Notes: a model not told the origin generated them from the letters alone. Positions 10,165 through 22,806 are shown, counted from the whole stretch's first letter. The stretch is 63,877 nucleotides of DNA, filler included, from Aduncisulcus paluster (GCA_024181965.1; 16 parts of 16 records of this genome joined end to end with filler, not necessarily neighbours in it), one strand, 5' to 3'. Made by a program: numbers and translations.

Positions 10165-12252
10165 CGCTCTCCCTCTCTGATATTGTTTCCTATAGCTCAA
10201 ACATCTCTGATGTTACAGAGCTCACCACACTTCAAGGTCTTGAGTATGCCACTTCACTGACCTCTTTGACCCTTGATGGATATGACTTGAGTGGAGATAC
10301 TAATTCTAACGCCGAGTATGATAAACTGGTTGTTCAGATCTTAGCAAAGGCAGTGAGTTATTCAAATGATTATGGTTCCATTGATTCCGGTCTTACATCC
10401 TTGTCTGTCAGTGGGTGCGGGTTATCTGAAGTAAGTGATGTGCTGGATTTGACTCCAATTGCTTCTGCCGATACATTAACACAGGTTTTCAAACTTGCTA
10501 CGCTTGATCTCTCTGACAACTCCATCTCCGATGTGTCTGTGCTCATCACCGAGGATATCTTCCCTGCTGATACTCTCGCTACTCTTGATATCAGTGGCAA
10601 CAACATCTGTGACATTGATGGTATGGTGGATGAGTTAGAAACCTATTTTTCTGCTACTTCTATCGCGATTACCTACTCTGACCAAGTGTGCAAATGTTCT
10701 GCGTCTGTGTCCTCCGCTGATCACCAAGTGTGCCGTGAAGTATATCCTGGACGCTGGGCTGTTGAGTGCTGGCATGGCTACTATCTTGACAAAGCGAGTG
10801 GTTCCTGTGTTGCTGTGTGTGATAGTGGCTATGAGTATGATACTTCTAGTGAGACCTGTGTCACTGCCGCTTCCTCTGTTGATGATGCCATTCGTTGTCA
10901 AGTGTGCGAGCGTCATTCCACTATGATGCCTGTTCTTGAGGAAGACGCGACGTCCATCACATGTGGGTGTCGAACTGGTTGGTCTGGAGATGACTGTGAT
11001 TCCTATGAATTCCAACTCTATATTCCCGATGATAATTTCAGAACCTCAGTCTGTGAAGCTGCTGACTATGCTGAAGGAACATTGTGTGACATTTCTGAAT
11101 TTGAAATGGCTGGTATCGATCAAATCTTGGTTTATGAAACTTCCTTCTCAAGTTTAGAAGGATCAGAATATTTGATCAATACGACTTATTTCCTCTTTAA
11201 GAATACTGATATCTCTTCTGATGTTCCATTTTCTTGTCTAAACCAGATTACTCAGTTATATTTCCAACATACTGATGACACATATGATGTTGATGTTGAT
11301 GATATTAATTCTATCTTTGGATTAAATAGAATCTATTATTTTGCAATCTTTGGAAATTCCAATGTTTATGATATTTCTGTATTATACATGAGTATTTCAA
11401 TGATGGGATATATGATTGCGAATACAGATTATTCTGTATCAAGAATACCTCTCTGTCGTTCAGAGTCAGACGATGACTATATATCTTTCATTTCTTCTAT
11501 CTTTCCTATCCACAATACAACCACGACTTATAAGGATCAGTATTATCTCCCCAACAGCTGTCCTCTTAACGACGATGCTGGAAACACTCCTTATTACTGT
11601 GATCCCGATACATACGACCAGTGTCCTTCCGTTGTCCTGAATGAGGTGTACAACAGTCTTGACGGGGTTGATTCTAAAGAATGTGCGTTCATTGCCAAGG
11701 AAGGTGATAGTGGTGAGTGTTACACTGTTCATGACGATGAACTTAGAACATACCTCTCTGATGAAACCAATTCATGTTTGACTGCCGATGACATTGAAAC
11801 TAATGGTATCATCAGTGTTGCTACCCTGAGGAGTGCTCTCACCTGTACCTCGCTCTCCCTCTCTGATATTGTTTCCTATAGCTCAAACATCTCTGATGTT
11901 ACAGAGCTCACCACACTTCAAGGTCTTGAGTATGCCACTTCACTGACCTCTTTGACCCTTGATGGATATGACTTGAGTGGAGATACTAATTCTAACGCCG
12001 AGTATGATAAACTGGTTGTTCAGATCTTAGCAAAGGCAGTGAGTTATTCAAATGATTATGGTTCCATTGATTCCGGTCTTACATCCTTGTCTGTCAGTGG
12101 GTGCGGGTTATCTGAAGTAAGTGATGTGCTGGATTTGACTCCAATTGCTTCTGCCGATACATTAACACAGGTTTTCAAACTTGCTACGCTTGATCTCTCT
12201 GACAACTCCATCTCCGATGTGTCTGTGCTCATCACCGAGGATATCTTCCCTG
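10165..12252 (+). CDS. Repetitive LRR + Cys-rich/EGF-like (internalin-like) surface protein, internal fragment
   Basis: LRRs (LATLDLSDNSISDVSVL, LATLDISGNNICDI, LTSLSVSGCGLSEV) and EGF-like segments (CGCRTGWSGDDC, CWHGYYLD...SCVAVCDSGY). Open at both ends. Confidence 0.8.
10165..12252 (+). repeat. 1686-bp (562-codon) tandem coding repeat unit
   Basis: The contig start at 10165 recurs identically from 11851 to the contig end at 12252; the offset of 1686 is in frame. Confidence 0.9.
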
Positions 12253-12470
12253 NNNNNNNNNNNNNNNNNNNNNNNNNNNNNNNNNNNNNNNNNNNNTTAA
12301 TTAATTAANNNNNNNNNNNNNNNNNNNNNNNNNNNNNNNNNNNNNNNNNNNNATTTGACTGCGGGGAAATGTCACTCTTCCATGAAGCATCAGGGGATTA
12401 GATTCGTAGCAGTATACAGACACATGTATACCATCATATTCCGAGTTCTTGATATTTTTGATTGTAAGCA

Positions 12471-12905
12471 AAAGCAAGTGAAAATGAACAGAAAGGCAAG
12501 GATAAGGATAGAAATGAAATGGAAATATATCCATGTTATTGAATGGCATTGAAATCGTTCATAAATGTTCTTAACACGTGAAATGGAACTATATCCAGTC
12601 CTGAGGGTTCTCCAAAAGCCTGAGATATCGAGAATAAACACCATGGCATGGAAATGAAAATAAAACATGTTTTTATCATTTACCAGCATTTAACTCGTTT
12701 ATATGTGTTTTTTTTAAATTTTCCAATCTTATCTATTGAAGGGTTGCTTGTTCAGTCCTCCATTTTTTCTCGTCGTACAAGCAAATTGTATGTTTACTAT
12801 ATGTCACATCTTTTATTAAATGTATATTAAGAAATATTTTAACCGGATTCATTCATTATTCTGCTCGTTTTGTTTTTTTAGATAAGAAATTCTATCTCTA
12901 TTCAA
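12471..12905 (+). repeat. Conserved upstream non-coding block of the variable-domain kinase family
   Basis: Near-identical to the reverse complement of 39608-40041, upstream of the paralogue. Confidence 0.85.
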
Positions 12906-14399
12906 ATGGGTTCATCCACAGATTCTCTCATTCAAACTGTGGAACCTGAGTTTATTCATAAAGGAGATGAGGCTTGTTGTCCAATTTCTGGAGATGCCCC
13001 CAATATTAAGAGTGCAAAGTTTCCAACTATCAAAGCAATAGATGGAACCAAGGAAGAAGGTGATAAAGAGTACGATCAGAGTTCTAATGCAAAAAAGATG
13101 ATGAAGGGGGAGGTTAATATAGGACATTTTACCCATATCTCCATTCCTTTCTCTTCATCTTCCCCAATGAAGGGGGCTTATATCTGTCTGAGTCCTTATT
13201 TTAGTTCTCCACCTCCATCACACCTTATCTTCACTCTCACATCTTCAAAGGGTGAGAAAACATTCAAGAAATACGAATTACCTAAAAAATACGACTTTCC
13301 TGAATTTAGAGAATATCTTCCTGAATTTGAAGATCATCATTGGCATTTCCTTCCTGTTGATCTCCCTGATGTTGTTCTGTGTGAAATTACAGGGAAAGGA
13401 AGATATATTAAGTATTTTGGAATTCTCTCCCTTGTTTTCATTAGTAGAGAAGAAACTCCTGAAGAAATCACATCTCGTGAAGCCATAGAGAAACTATGGT
13501 CTAAAGCTCCAGTTGTGAAACCAGAGTTTGTTAAGGAAGGAGATTATGCATCTAAAGGTAGAGATTCTATTCCCATTCCACGTGATGATCCAAAGCTTGT
13601 GGATCCTTCATTCTCAATGGTTAAGTGCAAGAATGATTCGTTTAGTAAGGAATCTAAGGGGTATGATCAGAGTTCAACAGCACAAAGAATGTTAAAACGG
13701 GGAGGTAGTGTTTACTTATCCCATCTTTCCATTCCTTTCCCATCACCTAGTCCAATGAAAGGTGCTTATATCTGTGTGATTAAGGATTATAGTTCACCCT
13801 CTCTTCTCTTCACTTTCACTGATTGTGATGGTAAGAAGACATTCAAGAAGTATGAATTCACAAGACCTAAACATGATTATGAATGGCACTTCCTTCCTAT
13901 TGATTTGAATAACGTTGTATTGTGTGAGATTGAAGGGAAAGGAAGGTGTGAAGATAAGAACAGTCGAAGTTTCTACATCGAATCCCTTGTTTTCCTTCGA
14001 GGTGATGATATTCCCACCTCTCCTCCTCTTCTTACTCCTGTTCCTGTTCCTTCCAGTTCCTCCAAGACACCCACATCAACTTTGTCTTTGCTATCAAAAC
14101 CTGTGAAAGAAGAAGCTGTGAAAGAAGCTGTGAAAGAAGCTGTGAAAGAAGAAGAAGAAGAAGAAAAGACAGAATCTCGGGGAAAGAAAGATATTCCTTC
14201 AAGTTCAAAACAACAAACAGAATCACTCACTCAAGAAACAAAGACATCTGAACCTACCAAATCCAACCCAATCCAACCAACTTCTTCTACTCCTTCTCAA
14301 CACCCCATTCCTGTCCCACTCCCTCAGACCTTGACTTCCTCCTGTACCATTACTCCTCTTTGTATTATTGGGAAAGGTGGGTTCGGTGTTGTTATCCTT
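12906..14399 (+). CDS. Lineage-expanded protein: two tandem ~170-aa beta-rich domains + linker + start of protein kinase (3'-truncated)
   Basis: Domain motif SIPF..SPMKGAYIC...FT...KKYEF...WHFLP.DL..VVLCEI.GKG occurs twice. S/P/E-rich linker with EAVK x3. Ends at the kinase P-loop IIGKGGFGVV. Paralogue at 37844-39607. Confidence 0.8.
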
Positions 14400-14499
14400 N
14401 NNNNNNNNNNNNNNNNNNNNNNNNNNNNNNNNNNNNNNNNNNNTTAATTAATTAANNNNNNNNNNNNNNNNNNNNNNNNNNNNNNNNNNNNNNNNNNNN

Positions 14500-17400
14500 A
14501 AGAGCCTGAAGAACCAAAGGTTGATCTTTCTACGATAATGAAAGACAACAGAAATGAGAAAGATGTGGGAGATGAGCAAACTAATCTCACCACTTCTCAA
14601 TCTGAGACTGCCACGTTTATAAAGGAGTCTAAGAATGATTATAAACTAGAATTATTGAAGGAGATGATCAAATTTACAAAAGATGTTACGAATGATTCAG
14701 AATCAGACTCTCCTGAGAATATATCTGTGTGGACAAGTCCCCTCGAGTTGTATTTGATGGCTCCTTTGAATTCTATGACGATTGACAGTGCATTCAGTAC
14801 CATGATCCACATATCCGAGGCCTCTGTATCGTCTGTGCATAGGAATCTTCTCTTTTCTTGTATCAAAGAAGGAGAGAGTGTGATTGACTCATTTAAAAAG
14901 ATGTGGGAAATTGAGGAAGAGCGTAAGAAGAAGGGGTGGAGATCAAAGCACATTGCTGACGATAAAGGAGTTGTCAGCAAGGAAGAAGGAGAAGAAGGAG
15001 AAGAGGAAGTTGTTAAGGATGAGGAATCAAGCTTTATTCCAGCTGCGTATCATTATACTCCTATTCAACAGCTAATATTTCCCCTGGAGAAACACTCTAA
15101 AACTTTACTCAAACTCTTGAAGAGTGCAATGGAGCTCTGTGCTTCTGAAGATGAGCTTATATATGTATTCGTGTGTGCTTTGAGGGTTGTCCTTGTATTG
15201 GTAAGGAAATGTCACTCCTTCAAACGTCGGTTGAAGGATAGATTAAGGGTGTTGGATAATCCATCTGTCAAGAAACAAGTTGATTTCAATCTGTCCTCAA
15301 TCGATGAATCTTTTGCAAGGATGAAAAAGTCTCTTGAAAAAGAACTCAGTGTCTTGTTCTCCCTATCCTCTTTTGCTACAGTATCTCTCACTGATATCAC
15401 TCCTTCAACCTCCTCTTCCTTCTCTCTGGCATCCTCTACATTCCAAACAGCCACCAGAAGTATCCTGAACCATTCTAGAGCTCCGTTTGCTCAAATGAGG
15501 GAGCTTATTCGTGTTGGAAAGATTTCTGATCCTCGGATTGCAAAGAGACTGGTTAAGAACAGCAAGAAGAAGGCCGAAGATCCTCAGCTTAATGTCTCTT
15601 CTGCTGAACCCCACCTTGGGGCTCTTGTACAAGACAATGTTCCAACCAAGAATAGCAATGAAATCGATGATGTTGATCTCAGAGGGTGTTCTCCAAGATT
15701 TGTCATTCCTCCCTCGTCTCTCTTCTTTGATCAATCATTCTTCTCAGAACTTCGACAGATTCTGATATCATTCTCCTCTTCCATCCATCTTACTCAGACT
15801 ATCATGATGTGTGTCTGTGTCTGTGGTATTCGTAGAGATTCATGGGAGGGCATTGTCAAGAGTGGAATGATGTTCGAGCTTATCAAATGCGTAGGTCTTT
15901 ATCCGCATGGTTATCCTTCTGTCTGTGTGATGCGTCTGTTCGAGAGAATGCTCTGCTGTGAAGAAGGCGTTGAACTGTTGTGTGGTGCATCAATCGAGAC
16001 TCTATTGTCAGAAATTGATAAGCACAAGACTCAGCTCTCAATCGAACAACGCACTGCCAGAACCCCGAATACAATCTCTTCTATGCACAGAGGATTGATC
16101 GACAGTGTCAAAACATGTCTAAATGAGCTAATCAGTCGTTTGTTCACCGTGAATGCAACAATCTTTGACCAACACGAACAAGAACAAAGTCAGGAAGAAA
16201 GCATTAGTCTTGTTAACACCAGTGTTCCATTCATCACTCTCTCAAGGTGTTGTATGTCATCTCCTGCTCTTAAAGCATTCATTTTGGACACTGATTGGCT
16301 CTGTGAAAGATTGATTAAAGTTTGTACTGCGGGTAGTTTTGGCCAGAGTACTGCAGCTTCCATGTTATGCATTATATTGTCAACAATTCCTCCAGCAAAA
16401 CAGGCTGTTCGTATGCTATATGCCATTAAGAATGTTTTGACTCAGAAAAACATTGATATGCTACCATTCTTAACTCGTGGTAACCTAATTGGAGCGATGT
16501 TGGGTTGTTTGTCATGTTACCCTATCCCCAACGGTCTTACTTCTGGCACTACGAGGAAATCAGAGCCAAACGTCCATGCGGTTGTGTTCTCTGTGATCAC
16601 AACTGTTGCTTCTGTTGCTCTCAACTTGCCCTTGACAATTCGTTCATCCATTCACAATTCCTTGATNNNNNNNNNNNNNNNNNNNNCTCGTGGTAACCTA
16701 ATTGGAGCGATGTTGGGTTGTTTGTCATGTTACCCTATCCCCAACGGTCTTACTTCTGGCACTACGAGGAAATCAGAGCCAAACGTCCATGCGGTTGTGT
16801 TCTCTGTGATCACAACTGTTGCTTCTGTTGCTCTCAACTTGCCCTTGACAATTCGTTCATCCATTCACAATTCCTTGATCAATAGTCGTTTAATTGATAT
16901 TTGTGTGACTTGTATCTTTGGAAATACTGACAATGCTCAAGTTGTTGGTAGTGCCCTCGCTGCTCTCTCATGCATAGTTGAGTTGCATGATTCTGTCATT
17001 GCAGCTTTTGAGGATTGGGATATCCACAAAGAGCAATTGCTTCGGAACAAGGAAGATATATCCTCAAATAGTATCTCTGTTGCCCCTCTCTTCACTGCCT
17101 CTCAAATGGCTCATATCTGCCTTGCTTGTATGAATGCTTGTGATGTTGCTCCTGTGACTGAGAGTGCCCAAGACCATCGTCGACGTGTTACAAGCACCAT
17201 CAATAACATGTGTGACTGTATTTTAGTAATGAGCGACAATGTGAATGCTGCTGTGCTGGGTGAATTGCTATTTAGAAATGGTGTTTTGACTCGTCTATTG
17301 ACACACACAAAGACTGATGGTGTCCATGTGACCATTATTGAAGGCGTGTGTGACGTTCTTGGCGCAATTGGAGCTCCAAATATGACAATCGGAATGGAGA

Positions 17401-19349
17401 GAAGAGAAGATGAACGAAGGAGGAGAAAATCTCTTAAGAGTGGTGTTGTATCTGAATCAAAAGAAGCATCTTCTTCTCGTATTCTTTCTCTCGTTTCTTC
17501 CGCAGAATTGGTGTCAAGACGTCGAATTGCAGCTATTTTGGCTGATCTTTTATCTGTCTGTGTTCGAGATGTTCGAGGTACTACTGCTATTGTTCAGTGT
17601 TGTGCTAAATTGTGTCAGAATCCCTATGTTTGCAGAAATAATACTGTTAGCGAAGCCTTGTTTAATATTGTTTTCTCAACAACATTCTCTGAGAATACAA
17701 AGCATTACATTCTTCCCTTACATCNNNNNNNNNNNNNNNNNNNNGTTGTATCTGAATCAAAAGAAGCATCTTCTTCTCGTATTCTTTCTCTCGTTTCTTC
17801 CGCAGAATTGGTGTCAAGACGTCGAATTGCAGCTATTTTGGCTGATCTTTTATCTGTCTGTGTTCGAGATGTTCGAGGTACTACTGCTATTGTTCAGTGT
17901 TGTGCTAAATTGTGTCAGAATCCCTATGTTTGCAGAAATAATACTGTTAGCGAAGCCTTGTTTAATATTGTTTTCTCAACAACATTCTCTGAGAATACAA
18001 AGCATTACATTTCTTCCCTTACATCGTTGGTAACTTCACTTTCTACCCACCCAACCCATATGGCTTTCTTGATATCCCGAAACCTTGATGAACAAGCTTT
18101 GATGTTGGCTTCAAAATGTAAAAATAATCCTAAACTCTTCTCTCTCTCCCTTGCTTTGCTTTTACCTTTGGCACCTTATTTAACTTTGGGGGCCTTGGCC
18201 TCAATATTGTCTCTGTCAAAACCTCTCTTCTTCCATCCATCTGTTTGTGTTTGTGTGTTGAAGATATTACTTGGAAGAGTGTTGGTTAGAAATGTGGCTG
18301 ATACGATTGTTAGCAACAAAGATCTCCGTGACTTGCTTGAAAATGTCTTGAATAATTTCCACTTGAGCGAACAATGGGATGATTCAGAATTGGGTTCGAG
18401 AGTAGCTGTTTCTTCGTGGAGCTCTGAAACTTCTGGAAAACGTGAAAAACCATCAATTGTTGAAAAGGAGGAGGTTATGAAATTTGATGTTGTGGACGAT
18501 TTTTCACAAAAGAGAAAGTCCATCGATTCTCGACAATCCAGGATTCTAGCTGCTGAGATGGTTGTAAGACTGTGTGATTTAACAGCCAAAATTGAACCTC
18601 TAAAACATGTTCTCCATGTGATGTTGTTCAATAGTATCCACATTGATTACTTATTGTCTTATGGATTTGTTGCTGCAAAAGCTTTGATCTCTCTGAGCGA
18701 TGATGCTGATCAGCACAATGTTCGCAGAGATATGGAACATATTACAAAATTGGTAGAAAAGATCCCACGTGGAGATATCACTGAATATGAACGAATTGCC
18801 AAGGATAATCTATTAATGGATGCTTATGGAGATGCACAAACTCATGTGTACCTTACGAAAGCTCTTAGTATTGGGCATTCATTGGGATTGAGATTACTTC
18901 AGTTTGTTCAGACTCTCTACTTGCATAAGCCTGATCATCTTCATGTGGTATTACACAGCCGTTATGATGGCTCGTATGTTTCCCTTATTCATCACGTTCT
19001 CTCTCTTAGTAAGCATGTTGACGATGAAAATGAATTTATTATTGCTGCGGATTTAATGTGTGTTATCGCTGATGAGCTTAGTGGAGAACTCATAAGAGAA
19101 GTTCATTTCATGGCTTATACAGCTTTGGAGAATGGCTGGAATGATTCAATTGAACACATCATTAAATTGTGTGAAAAATTACAGGACTTATCATCACCAG
19201 ATGAGTTGACAGACTTATTTATTAAATGTATCGTGACAATTAGTACTACTCTTGTTGAATATCGGTGGAGAGATGAAAAAATAAGAAGACAAGAATCTTT
19301 CATGCTTCAATCGATTATCACTCAAAAACTCGAGGATATTATCCTTTAA
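14500..19349 (+). CDS. Large ARM/HEAT-like alpha-helical protein (5'-truncated; ~1450 aa after removing duplications)
   Basis: Long ORF of Leu/Cys-rich amphipathic helices. Contains in-frame gap-flanking duplications at 16667-16686 (offset 213) and 17725-17744 (offset 300). Confidence 0.7.
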
Positions 19350-19439
19350 TCGTTGAAATAAAGTAGATATACAAGTAAATTATTTTGTATCATGCTATTT
19401 TCCTCATTCATCTCCTCACATCTCCGAGGTAGATTCTTC

Positions 19440-19560
19440 TCACTGGCTCTGATCCCAACGCATATCAAAACTCTTATCATACCCCTCAGCTTCCTTACAA
19501 TATGAATCATCCGCACCTTTGACCATTGGCAATAAGGGATTTATAAGACTGCAATCATTG
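19440..19560 (-). pseudogene. Relic of the variable-domain kinase family domain
   Basis: Minus strand reads NDCSLINPLLPMVKGADDSYCKEAEGYDKSFD...stop, resembling family DDPKLVDPSFSIVKCKNDSYCKESEWYDRGST. Confidence 0.6.
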
Positions 19561-19956
19561 GTATACTGAGGCCTAGACCATCGAATTGTTTTCAAGATTC
19601 AATTTTTGACGTACTAACAAGAATGTTAGGAGAAATTTGACGGAATAAACTTGCAAAATATAGATTTCTTGGAAATTATCAACACTTAATAAACTGTTTT
19701 GATCAAATCTCCCGTCAAAACGAAAAAATTGTAATCCAACTCTCTCCAAACACCTCACGGATTGGAATTGGTTTCAATGGATCACAGCCTCGTAATTATT
19801 TCGGTTTGTTTCAATTGTATAAAAAAAAATTTCTCCATTTCAATTCGAGATTCTTATGAAAAGTAATAATTCAACTCAAGGAGGTTCTTCTATTCATAAC
19901 CAAGATTAGAAATTTTATTTGATGTTTTTTTGATCTATTTTTTTGGATTTATAACT

Positions 19957-20842
19957 TTATAATTTCCTGTTTCTCCTTTTTCTTGAGAAAAATGTTTTGG
20001 GAGTCTTGCTCTCAAGATCTGCCATGAGATATTCATTTGCACCTCCTTCAACAATAAAAGGACTCTTCTGAAGCTTCCTATTTGTAAGGGAAGAAAAAGC
20101 CGATGGGGATACTGGCCACTGTTTAAGTTGACCGGTTGCCTTTTCCTGTTGGTCGGCAAAAGAGACGGTTGGAGAAGAAGCAGATTTCTTAATCTCCTCC
20201 GCAACTTCGGAAAATAGATTCTGAACTGGTGTTTTTTCTTCAGGAGTTTCGATAGTTTTGGACTCAAACCCCTCAGTTTGTGAGTCAGTTTGTTGTTTCT
20301 CACCGCCTTCTATTTTTGGAACAGACTGTGGCTGATCCGAAGAAGAAGTGCATGAAGCTTGTCTCTTTGATTTCCCAGTAATCCAATGCCAGAAACGAGT
20401 AAAGATACCAGGTTTCTTCTCTTCCTCCTCTTCCTGCTCTGCCTCCTCTTCCTCCTCACTTCTCAGGTGTCTTCTTTTCCCACCCCACACGATATCACTT
20501 GGAAAAGGAGGGACATTCTGCTCCTCTTCTTCCTCTTCTTCCTCCTCCTCTTCTTCTTCTGAAGTCTCACCAATGATGAAGACATAATCACCGGAAGTTG
20601 AAGAAGATGATGAAGGGTTACTCTCAGTTTCGTCAGAACTTGTCTTACCATCCCCCCCAGTGTGTTTGTGTTTATCAATGGATTCCAGAAGAGCGAGTTC
20701 TTCCGCATCCAGATCATCGTCTTCTTCCTCTTGGATGGCTTGATAAAACATGGGATCAGAACGGTATGATTCAATGTCACCAACCTCTTTTTCTCTCTCT
20801 TCTCTTCTTCTATCTTCCTCCTCCTCTTCTTCCTCCTCCTCT

Positions 20843-20874
<32 letters not shown>

Positions 20875-20948
20875 TTCTTCTTCCTCCTCTTCTTCTTCTA
20901 TTTCTCGTATGTTTGAAAAGTAAGGTTGAAGAGTTTTCCATCTCTCTC

Positions 20949-20982
<34 letters not shown>

Positions 20983-21320
20983 CTCTTCCTCTTCCTCCTC
21001 TTCTTCTTCCTCCCCTTCAATGAGCTTCAAGATGTGAGGGAATAATTGGATGTAGACTTCATCGTCTTCTTCTTCTTCCCCATCATTCCACAAAGACACA
21101 TGGTCCACAAAGGAATCAATAACCTGGTGGAGAAGGTCCGCATCAGAGTCTGAGGACGACTCGGCATACAGACAATATCCTGGGGATGCGTATGGGTCAT
21201 GTTCTTTGGAGACAACGGGACTGTCAGTAATGGAAGGATCAGTAATACTGGGGTTTGGTATGATAGGAGTTAAGTTAGAGGATGGAACAGATTTGGATGA
21301 CTTCTTTGAAAAGGTGGAGG
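19957..21320 (-). CDS. Glu-rich low-complexity hypothetical protein (5'-truncated)
   Basis: ORF with several poly-E tracts encoded by (GAR)n; appears to continue to the linker. Confidence 0.65.
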
Positions 21321-21420
21321 NNNNNNNNNNNNNNNNNNNNNNNNNNNNNNNNNNNNNNNNNNNNTTAATTAATTAANNNNNNNNNNNNNNNNNNNNNNNN
21401 NNNNNNNNNNNNNNNNNNNN

Positions 21421-21718
21421 GGAAGAAGAAGACATCTCGTTTTCCTTCTGCGGGACTTCTGTGACCGATTGTGACCATGGTCAATGCTACCTTCGTGGAT
21501 GTACTATGAAGGGAGCAGATATTGTGTTGAAGACGACAACTGGCGAAAAATTCAATATTGAAGTGAAGATATTACAAAAAAATTTAGATAAAAAAGTGTG
21601 TTGTGACTTGTTCATTTGCTATTCTACACCTGAAGAGATTGCAAAGGAAATGAAGAAAAAAACAAAACACAAATATTGCTGTTTGTATATTCCTTTCCCA
21701 AGGGGCTCATTCCATTAG
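21421..21718 (+). CDS. Hypothetical protein fragment
   Basis: Short ORF at a contig start with no recognisable motif; could be the 3' end of a gene or a pseudogene. Confidence 0.3.
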
Positions 21719-22141
21719 GAAGTTATGCTGTAACTTGTCGATACCAGCCCGAAAGAACATCTATAAAAGTTAGTTAGCTTAATTCACGAGTAATAAAACG
21801 TCTTAATCTATTAATGCGATTAGTTTTTGATTACTATTTTCACTCCTTGATCCACTGGATGGATTGGGTAGTCCGTAGTTCCTTTTTTTCCGAAAAAAGA
21901 CTTAGTAAGTCCCAGTTTTGTTTACAATGTAAATCGTAGGGTTTTGAATTTACAGTTGGAATGTATGAATGTTGTGAATACGACTCGATCGTTTTTGTTG
22001 TGGATTCCTGAACTCTTACATATGGTAATATGTATTTGAATATTAATTCAAGATATATTTTACTTGAATCTATGGTATTTATCCGGGATTATTTCCACGA
22101 TACTAGTGAGAAATGTTGAAATAATTTCTTCAATTCTAATG

Positions 22142-22369
22142 TTCTGAAAATAAGTAGTGAATGATGTGATTTCGACTATTCTTTTCATTCCACAGTCCTT
22201 TCCCTTCAATCTCACACAATATGATATTTTTCAAACCAATAGGAAGGAAATACCAATCATATTCAAAATTTGACGGAGCAAATTCGTACTTCTTGGATGT
22301 CTTCTTATCTGAAAGGGTAAAAGTAAGAAAAGAGAGTGAAAATTAATGTATGCAGATATAAGCACCTGA
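22142..22369 (-). pseudogene. Degenerate copy of the variable-domain kinase family domain
   Basis: Minus strand reads SGAYICIH*FSLSFLTFTLSDKKTSKKYEFAPSNFEYDWYFLPIGLKNIILCEIEGKGLWNEKNSRN, with an in-frame stop. Clear DNA similarity to 38600-38790. Confidence 0.85.
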
Positions 22370-22635
22370 AAATTCACAGTTATCAATTGCATAAGTTAAC
22401 AAAATCCATATTTCATACTTAAAGTTTAAGTTCGATCATACCAGATCTGTAGATACGACTCAAACAAAAAAGTTTCATCGAGCTATATCTGAGAAATCAA
22501 GCTCCACTTCAGACATGCTGAAAAAGCTTGGAAATATGATATGTGATGCACTTGAAGATAAATGAGAATAGGCATATGGTAATTTTAGAAATAATATTTA
22601 TCTTGATCCCTTTTAATTGTCATTTTCTTTTATTC

Positions 22636-22806
22636 CTGTCACTCCGAGTGAAGAGAGTCTCTAAGAGACTGTGAGGCTCTCTTGGCATTCAAGAATTGGA
22701 ACAAGAAGGGTAAAAATATGTTGAGAAAGTGTGCCACTTGTTGTCAACTGTTATATCTACCAGATTCTCAACGGTGACTCATCACTCAACCGTTGAGCCG
22801 TGACAG
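22636..22806. ncRNA. Candidate structured RNA or MITE-like element
   Basis: Closing stem CTGTCAC/GTGACAG encloses hairpins AAGAGAGTCTC/GAGGCTCTCTT, AAGTG/CACTT and CTCAACGG/CCGTTGAG in an ORF-free intergenic region. Confidence 0.3.

Noticed and set aside
16474..18030. Internal protein repeats in the large ARM-like protein
   Set aside because: Both repeats are identical copies on either side of 20-N gaps.
20800..21010. (TCT/TCC)n tracts as satellite or regulatory DNA
   Set aside because: They are coding trinucleotide tracts (poly-Glu on - here, poly-Ser elsewhere).
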